DNA of 64,000 bases. Origin: a virus. Under the pieces are notes generated by a model that saw only the letters and a program-made list of their open reading frames with translations, had not been told where the DNA came from and made no database searches. Positions within the stretch are counted from its first letter, which is position 1. Every line of letters begins with the position of its first letter. Positions 1-7,532 of this stretch are shown here, in pieces. The DNA lies in the IMG/VR virus record IMGVR_UViG_3300010244_000001. One strand, given 5' to 3'. Both the position numbers and the translations under genes were made by a program.

Positions 1-124
1 TCTTGAGTAGAACGATAAATTGCTTAGTAGTTCTTGAGTAGAACGATAAATTGCTTAGTAGTTCTTGAGTAGAACGATAAATTGCTTAGTAGTTCTTGAG
101 TAGAACGATAAATTGCTTAGTAGT
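1..124. repeat. 4 perfect tandem copies of a 31-bp unit (TCTTGAGTAGAACGATAAATTGCTTAGTAGT); array cut by window edge, degenerate 5th unit follows
   Basis: identical units read at 1-31, 32-62, 63-93, 94-124. Confidence 0.95.
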
Positions 125-261
125 TCTCAGGTCGCAGAACGATTTGGTTGTCCTACAAATTTTCCGATTTTAAAATGTTTGAATATTCTGAATTTTTTGC
201 AAGGTACACACAATTCCAAATAGTTTGAATAGTCTGACAATTCTGGAAATTAATAAATGTG

Positions 262-290
262 TTGACTTCCACCTAATTCCTTGATATACT
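262..290 (+). promoter_or_regulatory. sigma-A-type early promoter
   Basis: TTGACT(262-267)-N17-TGaTATACT(282-290). Confidence 0.75.
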
Positions 291-321
291 ATATTTAGAA
301 ATTAAGAGAGGGAGAAAGGAA

Positions 322-725
322 ATGATAAACATGGCAAAGACAAAGAACAGGTATTTCAATCCGCATCCTAACAAAAAGGAAATAGGAGATTGTGTTATCA
401 GAGCACTATGTAAGGCTATGGACAAAGACTGGGATACAGTGTATAAGGAATTATTTGAACTAGGTTTTGAGATTAAGGGTGTTCCTAATGGGGATGCTTG
501 TTATAAAGAGTCCTAAAAAGGAACAACTTCATTAAACATTCCATTAGAGTAAAGAAAGGAAGTAAGAGACCTACTGTAGACTCTTTCAGTAGAAGTCACA
601 GAGAAGGTACTTACGTATTGAACGTTGCTAATCATTTAGTAACAGTAGTAGATGGGTACTCATACGATACTTGGGATTGCTCAGACAAGTGTTTATATGG
701 GTTTTATGAAAAACCTGAAAACTGA
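322..725 (+). pseudogene. split early gene: 64-aa ORF 322..516 continues as coherent protein in the -1 frame to 725
   Basis: SD GGGAGAAAGGA before ATG 322; after TAA 514-516 the -1 frame reads LKRNNFIKHSIRVKKGSKRPTVDSF...HLVTVVDGYSYDTWDCSDKCLYGFYEKPEN with no start or SD of its own; junction at A5 run 515-519. Confidence 0.6.
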
Positions 726-745
726 GTAAAAATTATAAATAGGTG

Positions 746-775
746 TTGACAAAAGGTTAACACCTATGCTATACT
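746..775 (+). promoter_or_regulatory. sigma-A-type early promoter
   Basis: TTGACA(746-751)-N18-TGcTATACT(767-775). Confidence 0.7.
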
Positions 776-806
776 GAAAGTACAATAAAGATAAGGAGAT
801 AAGGAG

Positions 807-968
807 ATGGGAAATATGAAAGATATTAAATTTACATTTACGACAGACCAACAGGAGATGATTGCGGAGCAATATAACAAAGACCTAAGCAAATTAGAAG
901 AGTACCAGATAGCTGAATTGTTAGATGAGTTTATTTCTGATTCACTATTACTGTTTCGGTTAACGTAA
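807..968 (+). CDS. hypothetical early protein, 53 aa (below ORF-track cutoff)
   Basis: SD AAGGAGATAAGGAG then ATG 807; hand translation MGNMKDIKFTFTTDQQEMIAEQYNKDLSKLEEYQIAELLDEFISDSLLLFRLT*. Confidence 0.6.
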   Translation: MGNMKDIKFTFTTDQQEMIAEQYNKDLSKLEEYQIAELLDEFISDSLLLFRLT

Positions 969-988
969 AATAATTTCATAAAGGGGGG

Positions 989-1017
989 TTGACAGTTATC
1001 CAACCCTCTGCTATAAT
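989..1017 (+). promoter_or_regulatory. sigma-A-type early promoter
   Basis: TTGACA(989-994)-N17-TGcTATAAT(1009-1017). Confidence 0.8.
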
Positions 1018-1052
1018 AAGGGTATAACAAATAAGGAAAGGGAAGTGATTGA

Positions 1053-1301
1053 ATGAAAAAACAAATTGGTAGGACAGTAGGTACGGTAGACTTTGCATTA
1101 TCAAGAGTATTTTATGTATACGGGCATTTAGAAGGCAAGGGGTTACTGGATGATAACATTGATGATTTGGAGGCTATTACACAGATATGTGTTAATGTAG
1201 CTAACGAATGGGAAGAGGGAAGAGATATACGTAATGAGAATGAAGAGGGGCACCCTGTACCTTATGCTGAAAGAGTTTTGTTAAGAAGACACGGTAACTA
1301 G
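1053..1301 (+). CDS. hypothetical early protein, 82 aa
   Basis: SD GGGAAGTGAT just upstream of ATG 1053; TAG stop followed in frame by TAA. Confidence 0.75.
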   Translation: MKKQIGRTVGTVDFALSRVFYVYGHLEGKGLLDDNIDDLEAITQICVNVANEWEEGRDIRNENEEGHPVPYAERVLLRRHGN

Positions 1302-1322
1302 TAAAAAATTTTTAAAAGGGTA

Positions 1323-1351
1323 TTGACAAACAATCAATACCCTGATATACT
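1323..1351 (+). promoter_or_regulatory. sigma-A-type early promoter
   Basis: TTGACA(1323-1328)-N17-TGaTATACT(1343-1351); -35 lies in 5' arm of hairpin 1318-1342. Confidence 0.8.
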
Positions 1352-1383
1352 TAAGTTAATAAATAAGAAAAGGAAGTGATTGA

Positions 1384-1629
1384 ATGATACTTAACAAGGG
1401 AGAAATTGCTTACATCATTGGTTCTTTTGTAGAGGATGAGGAAATGCCTATTCGATACCTGAGAAACATGGGCATAGATGGAGAAAAGTTGGCAGATATT
1501 AGTGATGAACATATGAGTATGGAACTTGATTACGATTATAATAGAGACGACTTTCAAGATGATTTAATTAAAAAGTTGTATGCTATGTTAGAAAGGGAAA
1601 TGGAGATAGAAGATATGGAACTGGACTAA
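1384..1629 (+). CDS. hypothetical acidic early protein, 81 aa
   Basis: SD AAGGAAGTGAT before ATG 1384. Confidence 0.75.
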   Translation: MILNKGEIAYIIGSFVEDEEMPIRYLRNMGIDGEKLADISDEHMSMELDYDYNRDDFQDDLIKKLYAMLEREMEIEDMELD

Positions 1630-1646
1630 AAAAATATATCAGGGTG

Positions 1647-1675
1647 TTGACAATCATTCAATACCCTGATATAAT
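1647..1675 (+). promoter_or_regulatory. sigma-A-type early promoter
   Basis: TTGACA(1647-1652)-N17-TGaTATAAT(1667-1675). Confidence 0.8.
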
Positions 1676-1707
1676 AAAAGTATAATAAATAAAGGGAGAT
1701 GATTTTA

Positions 1708-1968
1708 ATGAGCTTACTTAAAAATTTACCTGAAAGATTTCACTTGAAAAACGATAAGAAGGTACTTAGTGACTTTGTGAACACATATGATACAGGTTTT
1801 TATAAATCACATACAGGCACAAAAGAGCGAGCAGTAATAGCACTTAAGAAAGAGGAATACGTCATGATAGGTATTAAAAGAGAAGACGGAGTTATACGCA
1901 ACTTTAAATATGACAATGAAGGAAACAAAATGTTAGCAGAAAAAGTACCAGCAGAATTTTTTGAATGA
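1708..1968 (+). CDS. hypothetical early protein, 86 aa
   Basis: ATG 1699 in the track lies inside the SD (AAGGGAGATGAT); ATG 1708 has normal spacing. Confidence 0.7.
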   Translation: MSLLKNLPERFHLKNDKKVLSDFVNTYDTGFYKSHTGTKERAVIALKKEEYVMIGIKREDGVIRNFKYDNEGNKMLAEKVPAEFFE

Positions 1969-1984
1969 ATTTTTAAAATATGTA

Positions 1985-2013
1985 TTGACAACTAGCCAAT
2001 AACATGCTACAAT
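1985..2013 (+). promoter_or_regulatory. sigma-A-type early promoter
   Basis: TTGACA(1985-1990)-N17-TGcTACAAT(2005-2013). Confidence 0.75.
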
Positions 2014-2022
2014 AAATAATAG

Positions 2023-2439
2023 ATGCGGATGGGAAGTTATTCAGTGTTCGGACTTAGACAAAAGAATAAGAACAGGAGAGAAACAAAGCTAGAATGTGTT
2101 ATTGATGACATTGAAAGAGCATGTAATGTGAAAGTAGATGCGAAATACATTAAATACCAATCTGTTTTCCGTGTACCTAGAGATTATTGTGTAGGTCGTA
2201 ATCGAATTAGGGTTGACAGAACGTACAAAAACAGTAAACTCATAAGTGGGGGGTTGAATGCGGTCCACGTATACGGTATTACTTACTTACAATATACGAC
2301 ACTTAAGTATATTATGAGAATTAGGAAAGGTAGGATTGTAGATAAGTATTATATCGATTTACCTTACTTACCAGCAGAAGAGTTAGAGAAGTATGCAATA
2401 AAACAAGAAGAGAAATTGAGAAAAAGTGTTGACAACTAA
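2023..2439 (+). CDS. hypothetical basic early protein, 138 aa
   Basis: only long ORF after promoter 1985; weak SD, start 2023 or 2029 uncertain; its last codons contain the next -35. Confidence 0.55.
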   Translation: MRMGSYSVFGLRQKNKNRRETKLECVIDDIERACNVKVDAKYIKYQSVFRVPRDYCVGRNRIRVDRTYKNSKLISGGLNAVHVYGITYLQYTTLKYIMRIRKGRIVDKYYIDLPYLPAEELEKYAIKQEEKLRKSVDN

Positions 2440-2457
2440 ACAATAAGGTGTTATACT
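2429..2457 (+). promoter_or_regulatory. sigma-A-type early promoter
   Basis: TTGACA(2429-2434)-N17-TGtTATACT(2449-2457). Confidence 0.8.
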
Positions 2458-2490
2458 GAAAGTACAATAAAAACAAAGGGGATGACGGTA

Positions 2491-2640
2491 ATGAACAACG
2501 ATAAGTTAATGGACTTGGTGACAGCTTTACTGGATTGTGGATATGGAGATTTAACGATTCTTAACAGTTGTGAGTATGACTTTGACGAACTGGTAGAGGA
2601 ATCTAAAATGATGCTAGGAGAGGTAAATGTAAACAGTTGA
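2491..2640 (+). CDS. hypothetical acidic early protein, 49 aa
   Basis: SD AAAGGGGATGA then ATG 2491; hand translation MNNDKLMDLVTALLDCGYGDLTILNSCEYDFDELVEESKMMLGEVNVNS*. Confidence 0.55.
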   Translation: MNNDKLMDLVTALLDCGYGDLTILNSCEYDFDELVEESKMMLGEVNVNS

Positions 2641-2761
2641 TACACATGCCAATATTGTAAGAAACCAACGTATATATGCAGAATACTTTCAGCGTGAGAT
2701 TGATATTTTTGAAGAGCAAACAGGTTTTATTCTTGATTAGGAATTAATTTCATAAAGGGTA

Positions 2762-2790
2762 TTGACAAGGATTCAATACCCTGATATAAT
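2762..2790 (+). promoter_or_regulatory. sigma-A-type early promoter
   Basis: TTGACA(2762-2767)-N17-TGaTATAAT(2782-2790); hairpin GGGTATTGA/TCAATACCC 2757-2781. Confidence 0.8.
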
Positions 2791-2796
2791 AAATTT

Positions 2797-3018
2797 AGTT
2801 TCATAGAGACAGGTTAATACTTTTTAGGGAATGATTACCCTATCGATTACTTCTTTATAGAATAGTTGGTGGGGTACCATTCCAAGATAATTATTCCATG
2901 TTAGATTCGTTCTTTAAAATCAACTTCCTTTCTTTTTACTGAACGGATGGGATGGGTAGGTGATGGAAAAGCCTACTCATTCCCTAAAGGGTACTAACTT
3001 CAAATTAATTTTTTTTTT
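2797..3018 (+). ncRNA. candidate ORF-less early transcript (about 220 nt)
   Basis: consensus promoter but no SD or ORF over 14 codons before the next promoter; 12-bp long-range pairing TTTAGGGAATGA(2823-2834)/TCATTCCCTAAA(2977-2988); competing local hairpin TAGGG/CCCTA 2825-2842; ends in T9 run 3010-3018. Confidence 0.4.
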
Positions 3019-3027
3019 GAAAAAGTG

Positions 3028-3056
3028 TTGACAAATATCCAATATAATGTTATACT
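3028..3056 (+). promoter_or_regulatory. sigma-A-type early promoter
   Basis: TTGACA(3028-3033)-N17-TGtTATACT(3048-3056). Confidence 0.8.
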
Positions 3057-3087
3057 GAAAGTACAATAAATAGAGGAGATGGTTTAC

Positions 3088-3378
3088 ATGAATATGAAAC
3101 TCGACTATTCCAAAAATGCTTCAGAACGATTTACTGAGGAGAAACTGAATCATTACATGCAAGAGGTTCAGGAACTGATTGATATGGGATGGGATTATGA
3201 AGACGAATTAGAGCCTTTATCGGAGGTATGGATGGAAGACCCTGATATGATAGGAGAAGGGGAATATGCAGTTATACAAGGGGATTATATCATTGCTGAT
3301 GGGTTGACTGAGTTACAATCTGAAGTACTGTATGATGAGATTATGGCATACTTAGAAGGAAACTTAAATTCAAATTAA
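3088..3378 (+). CDS. hypothetical strongly acidic early protein, 96 aa
   Basis: SD GAGGAGATGGT contains track ATG 3079; ATG 3088 better spaced. Confidence 0.7.
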   Translation: MNMKLDYSKNASERFTEEKLNHYMQEVQELIDMGWDYEDELEPLSEVWMEDPDMIGEGEYAVIQGDYIIADGLTELQSEVLYDEIMAYLEGNLNSN

Positions 3379-3391
3379 TTTTAAAAAAGTA

Positions 3392-3420
3392 TTGACAATT
3401 AGTCAAATACATGATATACT
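3392..3420 (+). promoter_or_regulatory. sigma-A-type early promoter
   Basis: TTGACA(3392-3397)-N17-TGaTATACT(3412-3420). Confidence 0.8.
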
Positions 3421-3459
3421 GAAAGCACAATAAAACAAAAGGAAAGGGAGATGATGTTA

Positions 3460-3768
3460 ATGAACTTAAACATTGAGCAACCTAGAGAGGTTATGTACGT
3501 ATTCGACAATGATGGCTTTACAGAAGATAGGTACACGATTGTCCTTATGTATGAAGATGGGGAATCGTTTACTGTAATAAGCAGTGCCAATCCTACACAC
3601 CCTAACGGTAGATATAGTGCTGACGAGGGTTATGATGATGATGATGTGGATGCAAGAGATATTGGTGATGAAATTTACTGGTGGGACTTACCTGAAGAGG
3701 TACAAAAGGCAGTTATAAACAATTTCGACTATCTAACTTATGAAGACGATGATGAGGATGAAGATTAA
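3460..3768 (+). CDS. hypothetical strongly acidic early protein, 102 aa
   Basis: SD AAGGGAGATGATG; ATG 3460 (3451/3454 lie in the SD); C-terminus YEDDDEDED. Confidence 0.7.
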   Translation: MNLNIEQPREVMYVFDNDGFTEDRYTIVLMYEDGESFTVISSANPTHPNGRYSADEGYDDDDVDARDIGDEIYWWDLPEEVQKAVINNFDYLTYEDDDEDED

Positions 3769-3787
3769 AAAAGAATCAAATAGGGTA

Positions 3788-3816
3788 TTGACAAACAATC
3801 AATACCCTGATATAAT
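3788..3816 (+). promoter_or_regulatory. sigma-A-type early promoter
   Basis: TTGACA(3788-3793)-N17-TGaTATAAT(3808-3816); hairpin 3783-3807. Confidence 0.8.
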
Positions 3817-3851
3817 AGAATTATAACAAATCAAAGGGAGAGATGACGTTA

Positions 3852-4052
3852 ATGGAAAAGATACTACAGGACTTAATGAAGATTTACAGTTACAGTACGG
3901 AAGATGCAGAAGAGGCATTAGAATTTGCTTTAGAACTTATGGAAGGGTACAAAAAGCACACTGAAGAAACGGAAACATACGCAACTATCAGTATTAATGA
4001 AATGGAAAAGGCTATTGATAAGTTACATGATTTAGACGATTTATTAATTTAA
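3852..4052 (+). CDS. hypothetical acidic early protein, 66 aa
   Basis: SD AAGGGAGAGATGA; ATG 3852. Confidence 0.7.
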   Translation: MEKILQDLMKIYSYSTEDAEEALEFALELMEGYKKHTEETETYATISINEMEKAIDKLHDLDDLLI

Positions 4053-4060
4053 AATAAGTA

Positions 4061-4089
4061 TTGACATCTATTCAATAGAATGTTATAAT
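4061..4089 (+). promoter_or_regulatory. sigma-A-type early promoter
   Basis: TTGACA(4061-4066)-N17-TGtTATAAT(4081-4089). Confidence 0.8.
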
Positions 4090-4126
4090 GACATTACAAA
4101 ATAAAAACTTAAGGGAGATGATTTTA

Positions 4127-4693
4127 ATGAGTAACCAAGAAAGTAAATTTGAAAATTATTATGAGTACATACAGTCTGAAGCTAATGATTTATTGGATGA
4201 TGTAGAACGTGATATTAAAGATGTGTTAGAGACTGGTACACTGGAATTACCTGATTTCTTTGATGAGTTGGTACATGATTGGGTAGACAATGATTTTATC
4301 TATATAGACTTATTAGATAGTGCTCACATTTTACAACAATCGAACAACGTAGAATACGATTCAGGACTATGGGAAGGGCAAGAACCTATTGAAGCAGTTA
4401 AAACACAAGCATTCTTTACTTACCGTATGGGCTTGATGTTTGAAGTTGAGGACTTAGCTAAAAACATGTTAGACACCTTTATGAATGAATTAGGAGATGA
4501 AATGGAAGACGTTGAGGAAAAAATGGAAGAGATAGATAAAGAGATTGATGAAATTAATGAAGATGAGGAAATGGCAGAATCTGAGAAAGATGAGAAAATA
4601 AACGACCTTGAGAAAGATAGAGAGAAACTTGATGAGCGTTATGATGACCTAGACGACACTAGAGAAAACGCAAGACAAACATACGATAACTAA
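4127..4693 (+). CDS. hypothetical highly acidic early protein, 188 aa
   Basis: SD AAGGGAGATGAT then ATG 4127 (track start 4088 overlaps the -10); E/D-rich C-terminal half. Confidence 0.7.
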   Translation: MSNQESKFENYYEYIQSEANDLLDDVERDIKDVLETGTLELPDFFDELVHDWVDNDFIYIDLLDSAHILQQSNNVEYDSGLWEGQEPIEAVKTQAFFTYRMGLMFEVEDLAKNMLDTFMNELGDEMEDVEEKMEEIDKEIDEINEDEEMAESEKDEKINDLEKDREKLDERYDDLDDTRENARQTYDN

Positions 4694-4725
4694 GTTTGGA
4701 AAGTTACATAATAGGGTATTGACTG

Positions 4726-4754
4726 TTGACAACTATCCAATGCCCTGTTATACT
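4726..4754 (+). promoter_or_regulatory. sigma-A-type early promoter (second -35-like TTGACT at 4719)
   Basis: TTGACA(4726-4731)-N17-TGtTATACT(4746-4754). Confidence 0.75.
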
Positions 4755-4790
4755 AAAATTACAAAATAACAAAAGAGAGGTGTTGGGAAA

Positions 4791-5036
4791 ATGAGGAACA
4801 ACTTTGGGTTGATAGTTGGTATTTCTTTTGTTGTATTCTTTCTATTATCGTTAGTGATACCTGCTCCGTTGATAATAGTTATAGGTATTATAGCAGGTGC
4901 AGTTTGGGGGTTGCATATAAGAAAGGAAAATGAGAGAGTATATCAGGAACAGGAACGAAAAACTATCCATCCTCAAGACAAACTCACGAAAGAAGAGATA
5001 GACCAACTGTACAGGGAATGGAGAAGTAAAAAGTAG
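4791..5036 (+). CDS. small membrane protein, 81 aa
   Basis: SD AGAGAGGTG; hydrophobic N-terminal half (FGLIVGISFVVFFLLSLVIPAPLIIVIGIIAGAVWGL); TAG stop. Confidence 0.7.
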   Translation: MRNNFGLIVGISFVVFFLLSLVIPAPLIIVIGIIAGAVWGLHIRKENERVYQEQERKTIHPQDKLTKEEIDQLYREWRSKK

Positions 5037-5050
5037 AAGGGAGGCTAAAC

Positions 5051-5278
5051 ATGATGAAAAAGTTTATTATGCAAGTAGAAAAAGATAAAGTAATGAATGG
5101 GGTTATCCTAGGGGATGAAGTGCAAGCAGAAGATGGTACAGATATTATCATTACTCAGATTGTACGAATCAATTTAGAGAAGGACTATATCGTTATCATT
5201 GGATATGGCATAGACGTAAACTACAAACCTGAAGATATATCCGATGAGATTGAAGATAAGAAGGGCATAGATAAGTAA
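5051..5278 (+). CDS. hypothetical early protein, 75 aa
   Basis: SD AAGGGAGG before ATG 5051; same operon as 4791..5036. Confidence 0.65.
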   Translation: MMKKFIMQVEKDKVMNGVILGDEVQAEDGTDIIITQIVRINLEKDYIVIIGYGIDVNYKPEDISDEIEDKKGIDK

Positions 5279-5295
5279 TTTTTTTTTCAAAGTTA

Positions 5296-5324
5296 TTGAC
5301 AGTTAGTCGATACTATGTTATACT
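5296..5324 (+). promoter_or_regulatory. sigma-A-type early promoter
   Basis: TTGACA(5296-5301)-N17-TGtTATACT(5316-5324); a second TTGACA at 5352. Confidence 0.7.
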
Positions 5325-5421
5325 TAGTGTAGTAATAAAAAAAAATAGGGGTTGACAACAAAAATCCAGTAGTATAAACTACTTTCATATAAAAGATTAA
5401 AAATGAGGAGGAGAAAGTAGA

Positions 5422-5650
5422 ATGACAAAAGCATTAAAAATTATTGGTATTATTATTGGGGTACTTTTCAAATGACAACGTATGGGATGAACAATGACAA
5501 TTCTTTCTTTTTAGAGAGTGTTAACCCAAATATGAGTTTAGCAGGTAAAATTATCTTTGACGTACCTCAATCGGTAGCTGAAGGGGATGCACAGTTGCAA
5601 GTTAGTGAGGGTATGTGGGGAACAAACACAGGACTTATAAACTTACAATA
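5422..5650 (+). pseudogene. decayed gene: 16-aa TM stub then frame-shifted remnant resembling the end of a DUF4352-type Bacillus surface domain
   Basis: SD GAGGAGGAGAAAG, ATG 5422, MTKALKIIGIIIGVLFK*; another frame continues ...NSFFLESVNPNMSLAGKIIFDVPQSVAEGDAQLQVSEGMWGTNTGLINLQ* to 5650. Confidence 0.4.
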
Positions 5651-5670
5651 AGTGAAAGGTAAAGGGGAGA

Positions 5671-5701
5671 GGGAAACTATAAAGTTTCCTTCTTTTTTTT
5701 T
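5671..5701 (+). terminator. rho-independent terminator
   Basis: stem GGAAACT(5672-5678)/AGTTTCC(5683-5689) then T-run. Confidence 0.75.
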
Positions 5702-5712
5702 ATAAAAATGAG

Positions 5713-5741
5713 TTGACTTTTATCCAACACCATGCTATAAT
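5713..5741 (+). promoter_or_regulatory. sigma-A-type early promoter
   Basis: TTGACT(5713-5718)-N17-TGcTATAAT(5733-5741). Confidence 0.8.
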
Positions 5742-5780
5742 AAAATTAGAAAATAAAGGAAAGGGAAAAGGGATGAGGTA

Positions 5781-6230
5781 ATGGTAACGAAAGCAAAAAA
5801 TGGGAAATACCAAACGAAAATCAGACAAATAAAGATGGAAGGAGTTAAAACAATGCATTGCCCTTATTGTGGACAAAAAGCTAGTTTTACTAGCAGTAAA
5901 GACTATTATGGTGTAGACTATGGAACAAACTTATACGTATGTCATGTATGCCAAGCAAGAGTAGGAACAAAAGGAAATACAGCAAAACCATTAGGAACGA
6001 TGGCAAATGGTAGACTGAGAAGGTTAAGAAAAAGATGCCACAAGCATTTTGACAAGCTATGGAAGGGTAAAGGTAGAGGGGCACGAACAAAAGCCTATCT
6101 ATGGTTATCTTTGGTTATGGAACTACCTAAAGAAGATGCACATATAGGGATGTTCGATGAAACTCAATGTAACGAACTACTGGAAATTTTAGAAAAAGAA
6201 TACAAAAATTTAAATTCAAAAAGCTATTGA
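5781..6230 (+). CDS. zinc-ribbon protein, 149 aa (DUF3268-like from memory)
   Basis: CPYCG...CHVC motif, then PLGTMANGRLRRLRKRCHKHFDKLW and AYLWL...HIGMFDE. Confidence 0.6.
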   Translation: MVTKAKNGKYQTKIRQIKMEGVKTMHCPYCGQKASFTSSKDYYGVDYGTNLYVCHVCQARVGTKGNTAKPLGTMANGRLRRLRKRCHKHFDKLWKGKGRGARTKAYLWLSLVMELPKEDAHIGMFDETQCNELLEILEKEYKNLNSKSY

Positions 6231-6255
6231 CAAATAGACAATAGGATGTTATACT
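6227..6255 (+). promoter_or_regulatory. sigma-A-type early promoter
   Basis: TTGACA(6227-6232)-N17-TGtTATACT(6247-6255). Confidence 0.8.
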
Positions 6256-6306
6256 GAAAGTACAATAAATAAGGGAGATGATTAATATGGATAGAAAAGG
6301 TTTAAA

Positions 6307-6561
6307 GTGAGTAACGAAACAGTAAACAGGATGATGGAAGTTGCAAGTGAAGCAGGTATCGAATTTGAAGTCTTTGAGAATGTATTGAACGACCATGTAA
6401 TATTCTATGATGCTAGTAAAATGAAACTAAAAGGTGTAAGACGTTCTAACTTTATCATCATTCAGGACACGTTCTTAAATTCTCAAAACAGTGAACTGAG
6501 AATGTTTGTTACAGATAGTGAAAAGAAAATGAAGGAATACGAGCAAGCCTTCAGTTACTAA
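6307..6561 (+). CDS. hypothetical early protein, 84 aa, GTG start overlapping the stop of a 7-codon leader ORF (6287..6310)
   Basis: canonical SD AAGGGAGATGAT serves ATG 6287 (MDRKGLK*); main ORF is in the -1 frame from GTG 6307 (GTGA overlap). Confidence 0.6.
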   Translation: MSNETVNRMMEVASEAGIEFEVFENVLNDHVIFYDASKMKLKGVRRSNFIIIQDTFLNSQNSELRMFVTDSEKKMKEYEQAFSY

Positions 6562-6586
6562 TTGTTAAAAAAGTTTTATCAGGGTG

Positions 6587-6615
6587 TTGACAAAAAGACA
6601 ATACGGTGTTATAAT
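6587..6615 (+). promoter_or_regulatory. sigma-A-type early promoter
   Basis: TTGACA(6587-6592)-N17-TGtTATAAT(6607-6615). Confidence 0.8.
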
Positions 6616-6655
6616 GAAATTATAAGATAACAAATAAGGAAAGGAATTGATAAAC

Positions 6656-7270
6656 ATGAGTATGGAAAAGAAATTTATTAACGAACTAAACAATGAGGAA
6701 CTGACGAAAGTATTGAAGAACAATACTAAACTGAAAGAAGACGTAATGGATAGTGCTTTAGATACGGAAATGTTCTGGATAAGGGAACAGTTAGAATACT
6801 TACAAGATGCTTTATTAGATTGGAGCATATCCCCTTCAGGAACAGCTTATTCCAATTACATGAAAATTAAAGATGACAGTACCTTTATTGAAAGTGTCGA
6901 ATCATTAGAAAAGGCAGTACCTGCACTGATTGTGGATGACTTCCCTTTACTGAATAAAGCATTGGAAGTCAAAGAAAAACACGAAACAACGGATATGGCA
7001 GAAACAGATGATGATGAGATTGAAGAAATGGAAGATGAATTAGAAACGGTTGCAGAAGACTTGGCAGGTAGAATCGTATATAGATGGAATCGTCAATTAG
7101 ACTACTGCTTCCTTGATGAAAACCTGATTGACTACTTCCTGGACTTCTATGTAGATGAACGAATGGATGATAACAGTGTTTACATTCTTGTAGATGGGGA
7201 TGTAGAGACCTATACAGACTCAGACTATGAACTATATGAAGACGTAAGCTATACAAAAACGTTTAACTAA
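6656..7270 (+). CDS. hypothetical acidic early protein, 204 aa
   Basis: SD AAGGAAAGGAATTGAT then ATG 6656 (track TTG 6647 lies in the SD). Confidence 0.7.
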   Translation: MSMEKKFINELNNEELTKVLKNNTKLKEDVMDSALDTEMFWIREQLEYLQDALLDWSISPSGTAYSNYMKIKDDSTFIESVESLEKAVPALIVDDFPLLNKALEVKEKHETTDMAETDDDEIEEMEDELETVAEDLAGRIVYRWNRQLDYCFLDENLIDYFLDFYVDERMDDNSVYILVDGDVETYTDSDYELYEDVSYTKTFN

Positions 7271-7293
7271 AATTTGAATAAGGGTATTGACAG

Positions 7294-7322
7294 TTGACAA
7301 ACAATCAATACCCTGATATAAT
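7294..7322 (+). promoter_or_regulatory. sigma-A-type early promoter (duplicate -35 at 7287)
   Basis: TTGACA(7294-7299)-N17-TGaTATAAT(7314-7322). Confidence 0.8.
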
Positions 7323-7352
7323 AAGTATATAACATAAAGGGAGATGATTTGA

Positions 7353-7481
7353 ATGAATAACAAACAAAGGGAACTACTGAAAACGTTAGAAGAAACATAT
7401 CAGGAACTAGCACACGGATGTGAACATGATGACGACTTCCATAGCCTAATCATAGGGCATAATCGTTTATTACCCTTCTAA
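7353..7481 (+). CDS. hypothetical early protein, 42 aa; ends at a TAA that is in frame with the next ORF
   Basis: SD AAGGGAGATGAT, ATG 7353; MNNKQRELLKTLEETYQELAHGCEHDDDFHSLIIGHNRLLPF*. Confidence 0.5.
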   Translation: MNNKQRELLKTLEETYQELAHGCEHDDDFHSLIIGHNRLLPF

Positions 7482-7532
7482 CTGGATGAATTAGGTGCAG
7501 AGTGGGGAGAAGTGAGAGATACAGGGGAAAGA

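Noticed and set aside
764-1557. Minus-strand ORFs in the early region (764..1030, 1351..1557, and similarly 1800..1991, 2451..2645, 3399..3590, 5890..6396, 6565..6828, 10382..10961, 13221..13514)
   Set aside because: They lie antisense to well-signalled + strand genes or span promoters. They have no SD, and their low-complexity Ser/Leu/Phe-rich products are typical of shadow ORFs in AT-rich DNA.
2641-2740. A +1 extension of 2491..2640 (…NVNS* then VDTHANIVRNQRIYAEYFQREIDIFEEQTGFILD*)
   Set aside because: The downstream frame is protein-like, but the permissible shift window is only about 4 nt, no slippery motif is present, and I cannot tie the two parts together without homologues.
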